64,000 nt of DNA, from assembly GCF_009834535.1 (NCBI RefSeq), contig NC_045697.1, positions 97,342,001 to 97,406,000 on the forward strand, read 5' to 3'. This document shows, one piece after another, positions 26,330-38,300 of the stretch. The notes below the pieces were generated by a model. The model made no database searches. It was not told the origin of the DNA and saw nothing but the letters and a program-made list of their open reading frames with translations. How positions within the stretch are numbered: the first letter of the stretch is position 1; the number at the start of each line of letters is the position of its first letter. Origin of the DNA: Camelus ferus. Its lineage: Eukaryota. A program made the translations under genes and the position numbers.

Positions 26330-26418
26330 CTATAGCTCCTGGAATATTTGTTTCCTCGAAAACTTGGCCTTGGCTGATACTGTCCCTGGTGAAGCATTGA
26401 AAGAAGCTGGGAGACCTG
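26330..26418 (-). CDS. PCDH18: PCDH18 coding exon 2 (89 bp; [30 protein letters not shown])
   Basis: Acceptor tttccag|CAG at 26419/26418, with an alternative acceptor 3 nt further in. Donor AG|GTATGA at 26330/26329. Frame is continuous with exons 1 and 3. Confidence 0.95.
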
Positions 26419-27201
26419 CTGGAAACCAAATAGACAGTACTGATTCCTGGAAACAACCTCCCAGTACACACAAGCTTTATGCAAAGAAAAACAGTCACTC
26501 ACTATTTCATCCTAATTAACTGAACATAGTATCTCTGTTTCAAAGATTTACATATACTGGACTATGACAGACCATGCAGCCAGCCACCCAAACAGAGCTG
26601 AAATAGATCCCAGAGAGATCTGGATGATCTCATACAGCTAGCTTTTTCTTTTAGAAGGAAGATTCCTTTGTAAATAACTGATTGATTTCCTCTGTTTTAT
26701 AGTTCAGATTAAAGTGACCAGTTACCAAAATACCTGGAGGATGCTGTAGAATACAACACTCTAACACATGTAGTCAAAGGCACAAAAAATTCAAAAGTTG
26801 AACAAATACACATGCACTGAGATGGGATTATGGAGACCTCAGTTTTTTAATTTTTCTTGCAGAACATAACTATGAGAATCAAGCAAGTCCTTTTATTTCT
26901 GGCTTGAAGTATCAATCTGGGAAGTAAGGGGATTCTAATTAGGTAGACCTTTGCTAGCGTCACACTTATTTTTCAATATTATATATAGTACATGCAAGGA
27001 AATTCTTTATAAGAAACTTCAAACACTATGTTAAGATGTATATACTTGTTACACCTACATGATGTAAGTTGCATTCTATTTAACATGCATATTGTTAGTA
27101 TTGTTACTTATCAGTGGAAGCGTTTAAGAACTAACACATACAGAACTTCTGATCACTAACAGCTGACTTTGTCAGTGATTAGGTGCAGGGTATGATCTTA
27201 C

Positions 27202-29688
27202 CTCAACAGCAGGGGTGGCGTGGGTGAGTTCTAACGAGAAATTCTCTGGCACGTGGTTCGAGGAGATTGTCACCAAACTGTTGAGGGACTGGTGACTGTT
27301 GTGACTCTGCCGGCTGCCCATTTGCCCTCTTTCTAAGGTAGGAGATGAAGACGGAGACGACCTGTGATGAGATCTGATAGGCAGGGTGCCATTTACAGTA
27401 GGCACCAACGTGATGTCCCCTTTATGAATCTGTCTGGAGGGTCTTTTTGGGTGGTGCTGGTAAGTTGATTCTGCCACCCTGCAGTTGTAGGATCTCGTGT
27501 CTTTCTTTTCTCGGTTACACCTAGTTGCAAACAGCACCATAATAACCAACAACACTGCACAAATTGCTCCTAAGGAAATAATTATAATCATGGAGACATC
27601 CAAGGATGTCTGGCTTACTGAGGTCATTGCTGTACTTGTCACTGACTCTGCATATTCAAAGATGATACACTTCAGAAGGACTTTGGTATGCAGCTGAGGA
27701 TTGCCTTTGTCCTGGATGACAACTGAGAGCTCCCATTCTGTGTAGGGAACAGATTCCATGCTTACGTTGGTATGGATGTCACATGATCGTGGATCAATGA
27801 CAAAGATATTCTCCTCATTACCTGCTACTATGGAGCAGCTGAGTTCAGCATTCACACCAGAGTCTCTGTCAATTGCCCTTACTCTTGTGATGTGAAAGCC
27901 GCTTTCAGCCCCTCTGGGGATGGAGATTTCTGCGGTGTTATTGCGCAGTGCAGGCCCTATAACCACGGGGACATTGTCATTTTCATCGATGATGGTGAGC
28001 ACAACTGTGGTATTGCTTACAAGTTGCTTTGGACTTCCACCATCTCTTGCTTCAACCACAAAAGTGATCTGACTCACTTCCTCATGATCAAAGATTCTGA
28101 GAGCATAGATGGCTCCATTAGATGGGTCGATGGTTACATATGTAGTTATGGAACTTCCGAGGATAAAACTCTCCAAAATGGTATATGTAACTTGCCCATT
28201 TTCTCCAAGATCAGGATCTGTGGCTGTAACAGTGGTGATATATGCCCCTGGCGAGTTATTCTCCGAGATTGCAAATTCATATCGACTCCTCTGGAAGTGG
28301 GGTGGATTGTCATTTATATCATTGATTTGAACAGTAAAATGTTTTACTGTGGAGAGACTGGGTGTCCCCTTGTCCTCGGCGATTACAGTCAAACTGTATT
28401 CAGATCTCTTTTCTCTATCCAGCGTGGCGTTCGTCAAGATTAAATAATTGTTTTCATAAGTCTTCTGAAGTTTAAAGTGACCATGTCCGTGAAGCTTACA
28501 AACTATTTCTCCATTCAGCCCAGAATCCTTGTCCTGAACCCTGACCAAGGCAACAAATGTGTCAACAGGATCCCCTTCAAAAATATAAGATATTTCTTCT
28601 TTTCCAGGAGACATGAGGTTTATGTTAATTTCAGGTTTATTGTCATTAACATCCACAACCTTAATTATAATTTTGCAATGAGCTGGGATTGAATTCGGAC
28701 CCAAATCTTGAGCCTGAACATCAATCTCATAGGATTTGGTGATTTCATAATCCACTTGCTTGAAAAGAGTCAAATGTCCTCTTTCTGAATCAATCTTAAA
28801 AGTCTCTATAATTTTGGGAGACACATGACTGCTGAAGGAATAGACAATTTTCCCATTAGCGCCCTCATCTGGATCAGTGGCATTCAGGTCTAGAAGCAAA
28901 GTGCCAACGGGGGAGTTTTCTAAGAGTTGTATTATATAAGACTGCTGCTCAAAAGCAGGGCTGTTGTCATTAGAGTCAGAAATGCTGATTTTTAGGATGG
29001 ATGAGCCAGACCTCTGAGGCACCCCCATGTCCGAGGCGGTGAGCTGAAGCTCGTAGCTTGACTTCAGCTCCCGATCCAGCTCTCTGACCACTATGAGCTC
29101 TGCATACTTGGCTCCATCAGTCCTGGTCCGAACCTCGATATTAAAAAAATCATTGGCTGAGAGAGAGTACGTGTGGAGGGAATTTTCCCCAACATCTGGA
29201 TCAAAGGCACTGTCCAGGGGAATACGAGTCCCGACTGCTGCACTCTCCGAGATCTCAATAGGTATGAGAGATCTTGAAAACTGGGGAGAATTGTCATTAA
29301 TATCCAGCACTTCAACTTCAATATGGAAAAGCTGCAGATGCTCAGTCGGTAGAGTGATCACATCAAACTCTATAGAACAGTTCAAGTTTTTCTGGCATAG
29401 TTGTTCACGGTCAATCTTTGCCCCTATGCTGATTTCCCCATTATCCTCATTTACTACGAGGAGAGGAGAATTTCCCCTTTGCATGGCTCGAAAACGAACA
29501 GTAGAAGGATTAGGCAGCTTCACTAAAACATCAGCCACATCCTCTGATAGTCTTGCAATTACCGATCCAACCCTCTGCTCCTCATAAATCCTGTATTTTA
29601 AATTCTTGCCTAGTACATCGGAGTTGAAAGATACCACCAGGAGTGCAAACACAAATCTAAAGTGCATTTTAGCATTCATTTGGTGCAT
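27202..29688 (-). CDS. PCDH18: Protocadherin-18 coding exon 1: signal peptide, six cadherin (EC) repeats, transmembrane helix and juxtamembrane tail (829 codons)
   Basis: 838-aa ORF with repeated DINDNSP/DxD/DRE cadherin motifs and a TM segment (IIIISLGAICAVLLVIMVLF). Donor GAG|GTAAGA at 27202/27201. The N-terminus MHQMNAKMHFRFVFALL is recognised as PCDH18. Confidence 0.98.
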
Positions 29689-29949
29689 CAGTCAGTTTAT
29701 GAGATTCCTCTCACAGAGCGAGGTAAAACAGCAAAGCAATTCCCTCAACTTCCTTTGGCAACTTAAAGCTAAGCTACATTTGGTACTGGAAACTTGAAAG
29801 CGTCTCTTAATAACACAGCACAGCAATTAACAGCTCGCAAACTTTTGTTTCATACACACCGTGTCACGACTTCCAGATATTACCGGCATGGAGTCCATCC
29901 AATCCTTGCATTTGTTTGGCTGTTTGTCCTGTTGGCAGGCAAAAAGGTG

Positions 29950-30440
29950 TCACCTCCGCGTTTTCCCCCTTGTGTAGTCGGAATCCGTCTATTGCAGGGT
30001 GCCGGCAGAGTCTGCGGTGGATCTTTCCCGAGCGATTCTTTCTCCCTTTCTCTGCTCGGCTGCAGACTAAACACCCGTGATTGCTGACTCCAGTCGAAAA
30101 TCTGTACAACTTCACTTCAACTCAGACAAAGCTCTCTTGCCCGGCGTGTGTTGAATCGCTTCCAGCCAATCAGCGTCCTTCCAAATCAAAAGCTGATGGA
30201 GTCCCCAAAGCGAGGGCAGGGCGGGCGGGAGTGGCGGGTGGGAGAGGGAGGGAGATGGAGAGAGAATCGGGGAGGAGGAGGGCGGGGGCTGGGGGTGCGG
30301 GAGCGAGCGGAGCGAGCAGGGCCATTGGGGGCTGGGGTGGAGGATGGGAGAGGCTCCTTCACTGCTCCTCCCTTCCTCCACCCCTCTCCCCCTCCTCTTC
30401 TCCTTCTACTGCGTTCACTTTCTCTGAGCGTGCCACGACA
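29950..30440 (-). promoter_or_regulatory. PCDH18 GC/CpG-rich promoter and 5'UTR start, with GC boxes and CCAAT boxes
   Basis: Local rise in CpG and GC content directly upstream of the ATG. GGGCGG boxes near 30218-30228 and 30280-30287. CCAAT at 30166-30170 (+) and 30324-30328 (-). TSS cannot be fixed from sequence. Confidence 0.8.
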
Positions 30441-33400
30441 AAGGGAAGACAAATTACAGAAGAAAAACTTTAAATCAACTTCTGGTCGCTTTTATTTATA
30501 TGGCATTTTAAATTGTCCTGGTTTTCTTAATTGCTCGTTCTTCTTACACAAACATGTAATCTTGCTTTTCATAGTCTTTGGGTACTGGTTTAACTTAACA
30601 TGCCTCTAAGTGTATTTTGCTGGTGGAGGAATTTAATAAAATTTGAAAACTTGCTTCTAATTATGCTTCTCAGCCCGCCCCCTTCCCCTCCCCCTCTGGA
30701 AAGACTTGGGTCTTTCTCCTTGTGTGAGCACAAGCAGATTCTTAGGGCTCTGTTTTAAAGAACAGAACAAGTAAAGAGGTTTCATTTTCTGTTTTTCTTT
30801 CATCTTCATTCTTTGAAGATAAGTAAAGGGCTATTTTGCACTCTTGATTTCTCTTAATTAGCAAGATGTAAAGGAACACCTTAGGATTTGAAACTAATTA
30901 ACAGTACGGTTCTACGTTATAACACTTCTTTCCTAGAGTTTGGGCAAAACTGGCTGTGATACTTCTTTGTCCTGTAGTTCAAAAATCCTATTTACCTTTG
31001 GTAAAAGACATTTCATGCTTTAGCATGTCATTTTATACCAAAGGGTAGAATCTATACATGGTGAGTCTTCACAATGAATACTGGGTGGGGCAAGGGGCTT
31101 GGGGGCATGGACTCAGTCGTTTACAAGTCAAATTTTTATAATATATGTATTATTTATGAGAATGTTTTTAGGATATGTATTTTAAAAGCCCAAAGCTTGT
31201 TTACATTGAAGAATAAAATGCCTGAGCTGAAAATTGCATTTTGTGTGCATCAAAATGCTAAGGAAGTATCATGGGAGGCTTGTGCTCTATCCAGGTCACA
31301 GAAACTGATATGGTATTCTTATTTGAAAATATGATTATTTATGATGTTCTTTCTGCTCTGCAATTCCTTTTAAGTTTATCATCATGGCTCTAGTCTTGCT
31401 GTTTTTTTTCATACCTCTTGCATTATTCCTTAGCTGTCTTCATCCACTTGCATATTTGCTGTTTCACATAATCTCACTGTCACTTTTTTCCATTTATTTT
31501 CTCCCACTCTCTGTTTTGCCCCCCAGAAACATATTTTTTAAGAAAGCAATTTTCTGATTTTTCCACTTTGCTTACTCTCAGCAGAGCTCAGCTAAATTCA
31601 CTAAGAAGGTTCTTTCTGAAAAAGAAAGCAGAGGAGTCTCAGCGTGAACTCTCCTTCTTTTTAGGCATTCAAATCATTTTATAAGCCATTGTCTTCCCCG
31701 TCTCCCCCCACCCCCCACCCAGAAACCAGTACTGTGTGGCAAATTGTGCAGAATAGAAATGTCTATAATGAATGTAGTTAGTACTGGGTCACGCTGGTGA
31801 ACATTCTGCCCCCTTGAATAATACTGTTTTACAAGTTTGTAGCCCTTTCAGATTGCTGATCCCCAAACCCTATAGGCAAACTAGGAAAACTACCACAAGC
31901 AACTGGGACTTTAGAAACCCATAGCCATCTGGTCTAGATCTTGAACAATCTAAGCCAATAATTATATCAGTTCAGGCTTTAGTGAACCCCTTTGCAAACA
32001 CCAAAAGAGCAAAGAAAGGAATTAGTGACTATTCAAAGTTGGGGTGAGAATTCAAAAGTAATCTAATTCTGTTAGTTCTAGGAGAGTTTTCTTTATGGAT
32101 TTGATAAGTCTACCCCCCCAAAACCCCAAGAGCAATGGATTTGATTACCTTAATGTAGAGGACATTTTCCCCTAATGCTTAAAAAGTAGAAATATTTCTA
32201 AAATCTTGCTTTTATTTCTGACAGTGAGCTTGAACAGAACTGATTTTGTGAAAAAGAGCTTCAGAGTAACTTACTGAAATAGTTAAAGCAGGTTGTAAAT
32301 TAATATATACTCATAAATGTGTTTCCATGAGTAAGTCTCTGAAGAACTTGGAATCTTTTCATAGAGAAGAGCTTTTTTCACTTGCTCCATCATCTTTACC
32401 AAATATTGCTTCAATTTCAGCTGGCCAGTCTCTCCCTGAGGAATTATATAGACCTACTTGATAGTATTTTGCTTTTGATTTCTCCTCAGTATATACTACT
32501 CTGTTTTTCAAACTAGTTTTCAAAAAGTACAGAATAGAAACTAAATCTTTCCTTTGAACTTTTGATTGGTTCCAGCAATTCAGAATGTCCTTATTTGGTA
32601 GTGTTGAAAAGAAAATACCCAAAAAAAGTATCTTCCTTATAAGTTGCTATTTCTGAAAAGATTTGAATCAGGGGAGAAAAACTGATAAACTTAGTTAGAT
32701 GTCATCTAATGGTGACTGGATTGAACTTTCGTCTGGAATTTTACAAAGTCATGAAGAAGTAGTAGATTTCTAGAACAACTTCTTAGATATCTCAGTGAAG
32801 AAGCAGTGATTGAATGTTCCTTGAAGTCCTTCCACCTTTGCAATGGCAGCATTTGTTGACAAGAAAGGAGGTGGCTCCACCTCTGGAGGATGACCATGGC
32901 ATTCTGAGTGATAATGGGCACTCGGCTCCTGCAGGAGGATGTCTCTGCTTCCATTGTCTTGTGCATATTTTATTCACAAATCTCCTTTTACCACTTCTAC
33001 CTAAGTTGGCTGAAAATTGCTTTTTTCTAGAGACTAGAATAAAGATACCAGCTGGCATATGCAATATATCCTGTCACCTCTAATAACACTTTCTTCATGC
33101 CATTTATGGTGATTACTTTTGTTTTAAAACAAAGCTTTATAATATAAATCTTTAATGCATTTTTCTTTCCTGCTGAAGAGGAAAGGAAATGTAAGACTCA
33201 ATTGTAAAGCTCATACATCTCTCCACTACATGAAGGATAGTGACTTTTTTGGTACTGGAATACAAAATTAAAGTCATTAAAATTTCTTACAAGCAGTTGT
33301 GAATTTTAAAAATTCTTAGTTATTAATTTGTATTAATATAGGATCTCACAATCTTCTTGTAGATTGACATAACATGATAACCTTTCTCATAGCATTTGTT

Positions 33401-35144
33401 GTGAAATGCCTTGGGAGGAACTCATGGTCTTCTTGACACAATATGGCTATAAGAAGCTTAAATAATTACTGTGTATCTGGTGAAATTAAAGAATAGAAAA
33501 TGCTTTACTAGACAAAAGTTGGCGAAGTTAAGAAATCTCAATACACTGGAACTCTTTAAGATAAAAACCTTGAATTTTTATATGAGCCCAACATATATAT
33601 GAATACAGGTACCACCAATTGGTAGCTATGTAATCATGAACAAATTATTCATTTCCTCTGAGTTTGTTTAATCTTCTGGGAATGGTAATAATTTACTGTA
33701 AAGAATTCTTATAAGAATTAAAAAGTTGCTTTCCACAGAGGCTGGCCTGGAGTAAACATACAACAAAGGTTAGTTTCCTTTTCTTAGCCTCTGTGTGTCT
33801 GTTTTCTTCCTAACATCCATTGAAGAAAAAAAAAATGAAGTGAATTATAGCCACGGTCCTTGTTGCTTTTCAAGCTTTTGGTTTAGATGCTTATATAATT
33901 TTATACTGAAAAGATGAAGGTCTCCCCATTTTTTATTTATGAAGGTCACTTGTGAAACATAATTGACAAAACTAATAGTACTGATCTATGATGGTCTTGA
34001 AAACTTATTGGTTCACTGAAGAAAATTCTACAGGGTCAATCAAATATACCTACGTATACCTCCAGACTCTAAACAGTAGAAACATGTCTAATGATACAGT
34101 TAAAAGAAGTCTATCAAGTGCTTAATTATATATTTGGTAGGCTACGCATCTGATATTGCCGGCTCTCAAATCCTTTGTGAAACAGTGATTTCTTTTTAAT
34201 ATCATGTCATACCATACTGAGAAGACAAAAGGATGTAATTTGATATGATAGCTTGTCAAAGACAAGGAAAGATAAAACTTGTCAAGTAAGATTTTCATTT
34301 AAAAAGTACTATTAGACCTTTTATCCGTCATTTTACATCTCTTCATGTTGTTGTCCCTGTCTTCCATTGACTAATCAAGAATATACAATGTAAAATCACT
34401 GAACAGTATGAACTCTTTATTGGAACAAAGCTATCAACATACGATCAAGGGTTGGGAAATGAGAATGGATCCTAAATTATCATGAGACTTGTGGGCTAGA
34501 AATAGAGTTTAGTAGAATTCTGATCAAAACAATGGGATAAATGCCCATGGGAGGGCCACACACATGGAGGCATAGCTGTGCAGGTGCCAGGAGGCAGCAT
34601 CAGTGGGAGGCCAGGAAGAGCTGGAGTCCATGAAATACAGTGACAGGTGCTAGGCCAATTTTGTCTGAGTGGGCAATCAGCATTTGGGATGTCCTGCCAA
34701 AGGTAGAATGCCAAGTTCCAGCAGGTGACTTAAGGTCTGGCAACAGGCAATCAGCTGAGTCCAGATGCAAGGCATGTAGGTAAACTGCTGTTCATTTTAG
34801 GACTTCAGGCCTTCTGAACCAGACAGGTTGTGAAATTAGATATTACAACGGAGAGAAAAAGACAGGCACCTAAGATCCAGTATTCTGAAAATGGGCACAT
34901 ACAGGGAGCCTAGACAAAATCTGAGACATGATCGCAACATTAAACTCAATGGCAGCAAAGTTGATTTTAGGGTTAATTATCTGAACTGTTACACAGTCTC
35001 TTAAATTTCCTTCCCAACAGGGCCGTATCCTGAGGCAGAAACTAAGCCTGCAAATTGTGTTCCCGAAGTTGCTGCTAAGATTTGAGGGACGCAGGGGGAG
35101 AGCTAACCCTTAAGTGAGTTGAATCTCAGTTCTTAATTTAAAGC

Positions 35145-35312
35145 ATTTCTGCACTGTGTATGGTCCATAGAGAGCAGGCTGGGCATTATCTGGAAGCTTG
35201 TTAGAAATGCAGAATCTCAGACAGCACCTCAGACCTACTCAAACAGATTCTGCATTTTAATAAGATCCTTGGTTGATTTCTATGCACATTAAAGTTTGAG
35301 ACACAATGCTGC
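35145..35312. mobile_element. MER5A-like hAT-Charlie DNA transposon relic
   Basis: 'ggaagcttgttagaaatgcagaatctcag...cagacctact...ctgcattttaataagatcc...tatgcacattaaagtttgaga'. Confidence 0.85.
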
Positions 35313-38300
35313 AAAGAGTAAGCTATTGTCTGAAGTGGTCGAAACCCTAGCATAATGGTACTCAGACCCTATGTGCTGTGAGATTTTGCTCCTCCAGGGA
35401 GTTTAGACAATTGGCATATGGTAAAGATTACCATAGAAAGGGCCAGAGCTGAGATTCCATTTACTCAAGATTATAAGTAGAAGTGATATAAGAAAACTTC
35501 TCTATTTAGTTAAATTCATAGAAAGAAAAGAGTTTCCCCCTGGATCCAATGTTTTATACCAGTTATCTCCCTGTCCTTATCTATTTAAGCAGTATACTTA
35601 TCATTAGGGAAGGAAATACTTCTCAGAAAAAGAGATCTAATTCTTTTTGAAGAGCTGTTCCTAAAGGCAAAAATATTTCCAGTGTCATTACATAGATGTG
35701 TATTTGTACATATGAATGTGCTTAGGAATCTCTGAGTGGGTGTTTTCCATCTGTCCGGTATACATACATGACATGTTTGCTTTCTGTTTTCTTCATGCCA
35801 ATAGTCCTTCATCACTGAGTGCTGTGGGAAAGCACATCTTGAGTGCACTGTTTATATATCCTTAACTATTTCTCGCTCAAGATAAAGAAAAGAAATTGAA
35901 GTGTGACAAAAAAATTATTGCCAATGCTTAAAGCTTTTGTGTTCATATTAAAATCTGTTTTATATATAATCCTTCTGGGTGAATTCTGATTTATCCAACC
36001 ATTTTTCCCTCAACTAAAAGCATCCCCCTGTACAGAGACTGGTGTCTACACTTAAGAATCATTTCTAAAAGTGTAAATGAGGACTAATGACTTAGCTGTA
36101 TTAGCATCCACTTAAATAATGAAAAATCAAATCAATGCTATTTTAGAATATATTAGATTAGCTTAAAACTTTTTGAAAGGAGGTAGGTTAAGCTTAAATA
36201 AGTATCTATTGACTATTACCATAAAAAGTATACAAAAAAACTTACTGTTATTAAATACAGCTAGGTTAATTGCAACTTCAATGTCCAATTGCTTTTTTAC
36301 GTAGAATTTGTGGGAAATTATTCACTTCACAGTTACCACCCACCAGTTGAACCATTTTTAAGAGGGGCAGTTGAGGCTTTGTAGTGCACAAGAGTAATGT
36401 TTCAAATTGACGGATGCTTAATTTCACAAGGAAAAGAAAAGGTTCAAGGTATTCTGTTAAATAGCACTTTTCATCAAGAATAATTGAAATTTCATAAAAT
36501 AAAGAAAATCAGTGATTAATAGATTTATAACATGGAGTAGATACCTAGCTATATAGCTGGTCTCTGGAAATGTTCTTGTCATTCCTTTACCAACCTACAA
36601 AAGAAATAGTTTGTACATATTTTTTACATAATAAATGTCTTAATGTATGTCACTTATACAGAAAATGTTTCAACTGGAACAAAACTGTAGAGAGTTGCTC
36701 AGCGTTTATTGAAAATAATGCCTGTTTCCTATAAGGCACATAGCAGGCTACCATTTGTGAAAACATGATGCCTCTTTATTATCATTTAGTATTTATTTTG
36801 AAATTGGATAAGTTAATTGTTGTAATAAATTAGCTAATGATAGTCAGTAGTCTTTATCCACAGGAATTTAATTTCCAAAGAAGATTCTCATTTTAACAGT
36901 ACAGCATTTTTTAAAATGCCTGCCTAAAAGCAGTAGAACATTTTAGAAAATATCTGTTCCAAAATGTAATTAAGAGCGCAAATTTAAGAGTTCACACTTA
37001 GAATGAGTTACTCATAAAAAAATACTATCTAAAATAGTAATATCTCCCATAGCCATTAAATGTCAAGGTCTTGAAACACAATAAAAATAAAGGTAATAGT
37101 TATTGACCACCACTATGTGCCAAGTTCTTTATATATATGTATTTCCTCATTTAATTTGTACTGTAATCTTAATAATGACATGTTTATAATTGCTAGAAAT
37201 AAGTGAGATACAAGTAATAGAACCGAGCCAGAGTGTCAACGTGAAGGAGTTTATTTAAACAAAACACAAGATACACAGAGATAGGACATTTTTGACACTG
37301 AATAATTAAGCAGCTCCGTGATGCCACCATGACCCATGTTTCTTCCATCCTTCTACTCCTTCATCTTGAATGTGCTATCTTATCCTTCTTAACAGGGGCT
37401 TATTCACCTTCCCAAGATCTGTTACAAATCTAAGAAGTGTCTCCCACCCCAGCTAAATGGAGAGTTACAACAAGGTGTTACTCCCTTTATAGAGTTTTTT
37501 CATCAAGAAAAAAATATATTCTAGGAGCCTTCTCTTGATATCCCCTTAAATAAGCTCATTGGTCGGATTTGTGTCACACGATGATTCTTTACACTCTAGC
37601 AAGGAGAGGTTAGTTGTCATAATTGGTCGAGACTGATGAAGTTTTAGCCCTGGGTTCCAGGGAAAGCTCCTCTAGTTCATACAAAGTGTTAAGATATTGG
37701 GATTCAGTTAACAGTGGAGGAGAAAGTGGTTATTGAGTGGAGAGCAAGTATTGTCGGCCACATTAATCCTAGAACCATTTTATAATAAAGAAACTAAGCC
37801 TCACAAAGTTTAAGCACACTTTCACACAGCTAAATAAATAGTCAATATTGAGTTTGTGTATCTGTATTTGCCTCCAAAATCTACTTCTGATATAGTAATA
37901 ACTACTTGTGTCTTAGATAGTAAATGAAAAAGAAATTCTTCCATCTTTGAAAACAGTGAAGCTGTGAGGAAGGATATCAGTACACATCAAAGTGAATTAT
38001 CTCAGGAAAAAATGCTGCAATTCGTGTAACAAAACAACAACGACAAAAAAATCACTGTTTTGTCTTTTGGATGTTATCTTTGAAAATTATCAGTGCTACA
38101 GGTTAACTGAAATGATTCTTAGGCAGATCTGGGAAAAAGGGAGGAGGTCAAGAAAGGTAGAGATAATATTCTGACTCTGTCCCAGGCATTGTGGTTTTTC
38201 TGAGCCCAGGCTCATCTACAAGGAAACACAACTCAATCAATTGTAGATTAAAAGATGCAAATAGAAAGTCTGGGAATCTGCAAAAAGGAGAGTAGACATT

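Noticed and set aside
27172..29688. 838-aa ORF as the complete protein
   Set aside because: A strong donor at 27201 and three in-frame downstream exons give a 1135-aa product. The last 9 residues are intronic and are kept only as a possible isoform.
27497..29797. Plus-strand ORFs of 63-183 aa opposite exon 1
   Set aside because: Antisense shadows of the cadherin coding sequence.
30081..30609. 130- and 153-aa Gly/Arg/Pro-rich ORFs at the promoter
   Set aside because: Low-complexity translations of G-rich and C-rich promoter tracts, with non-ATG starts.
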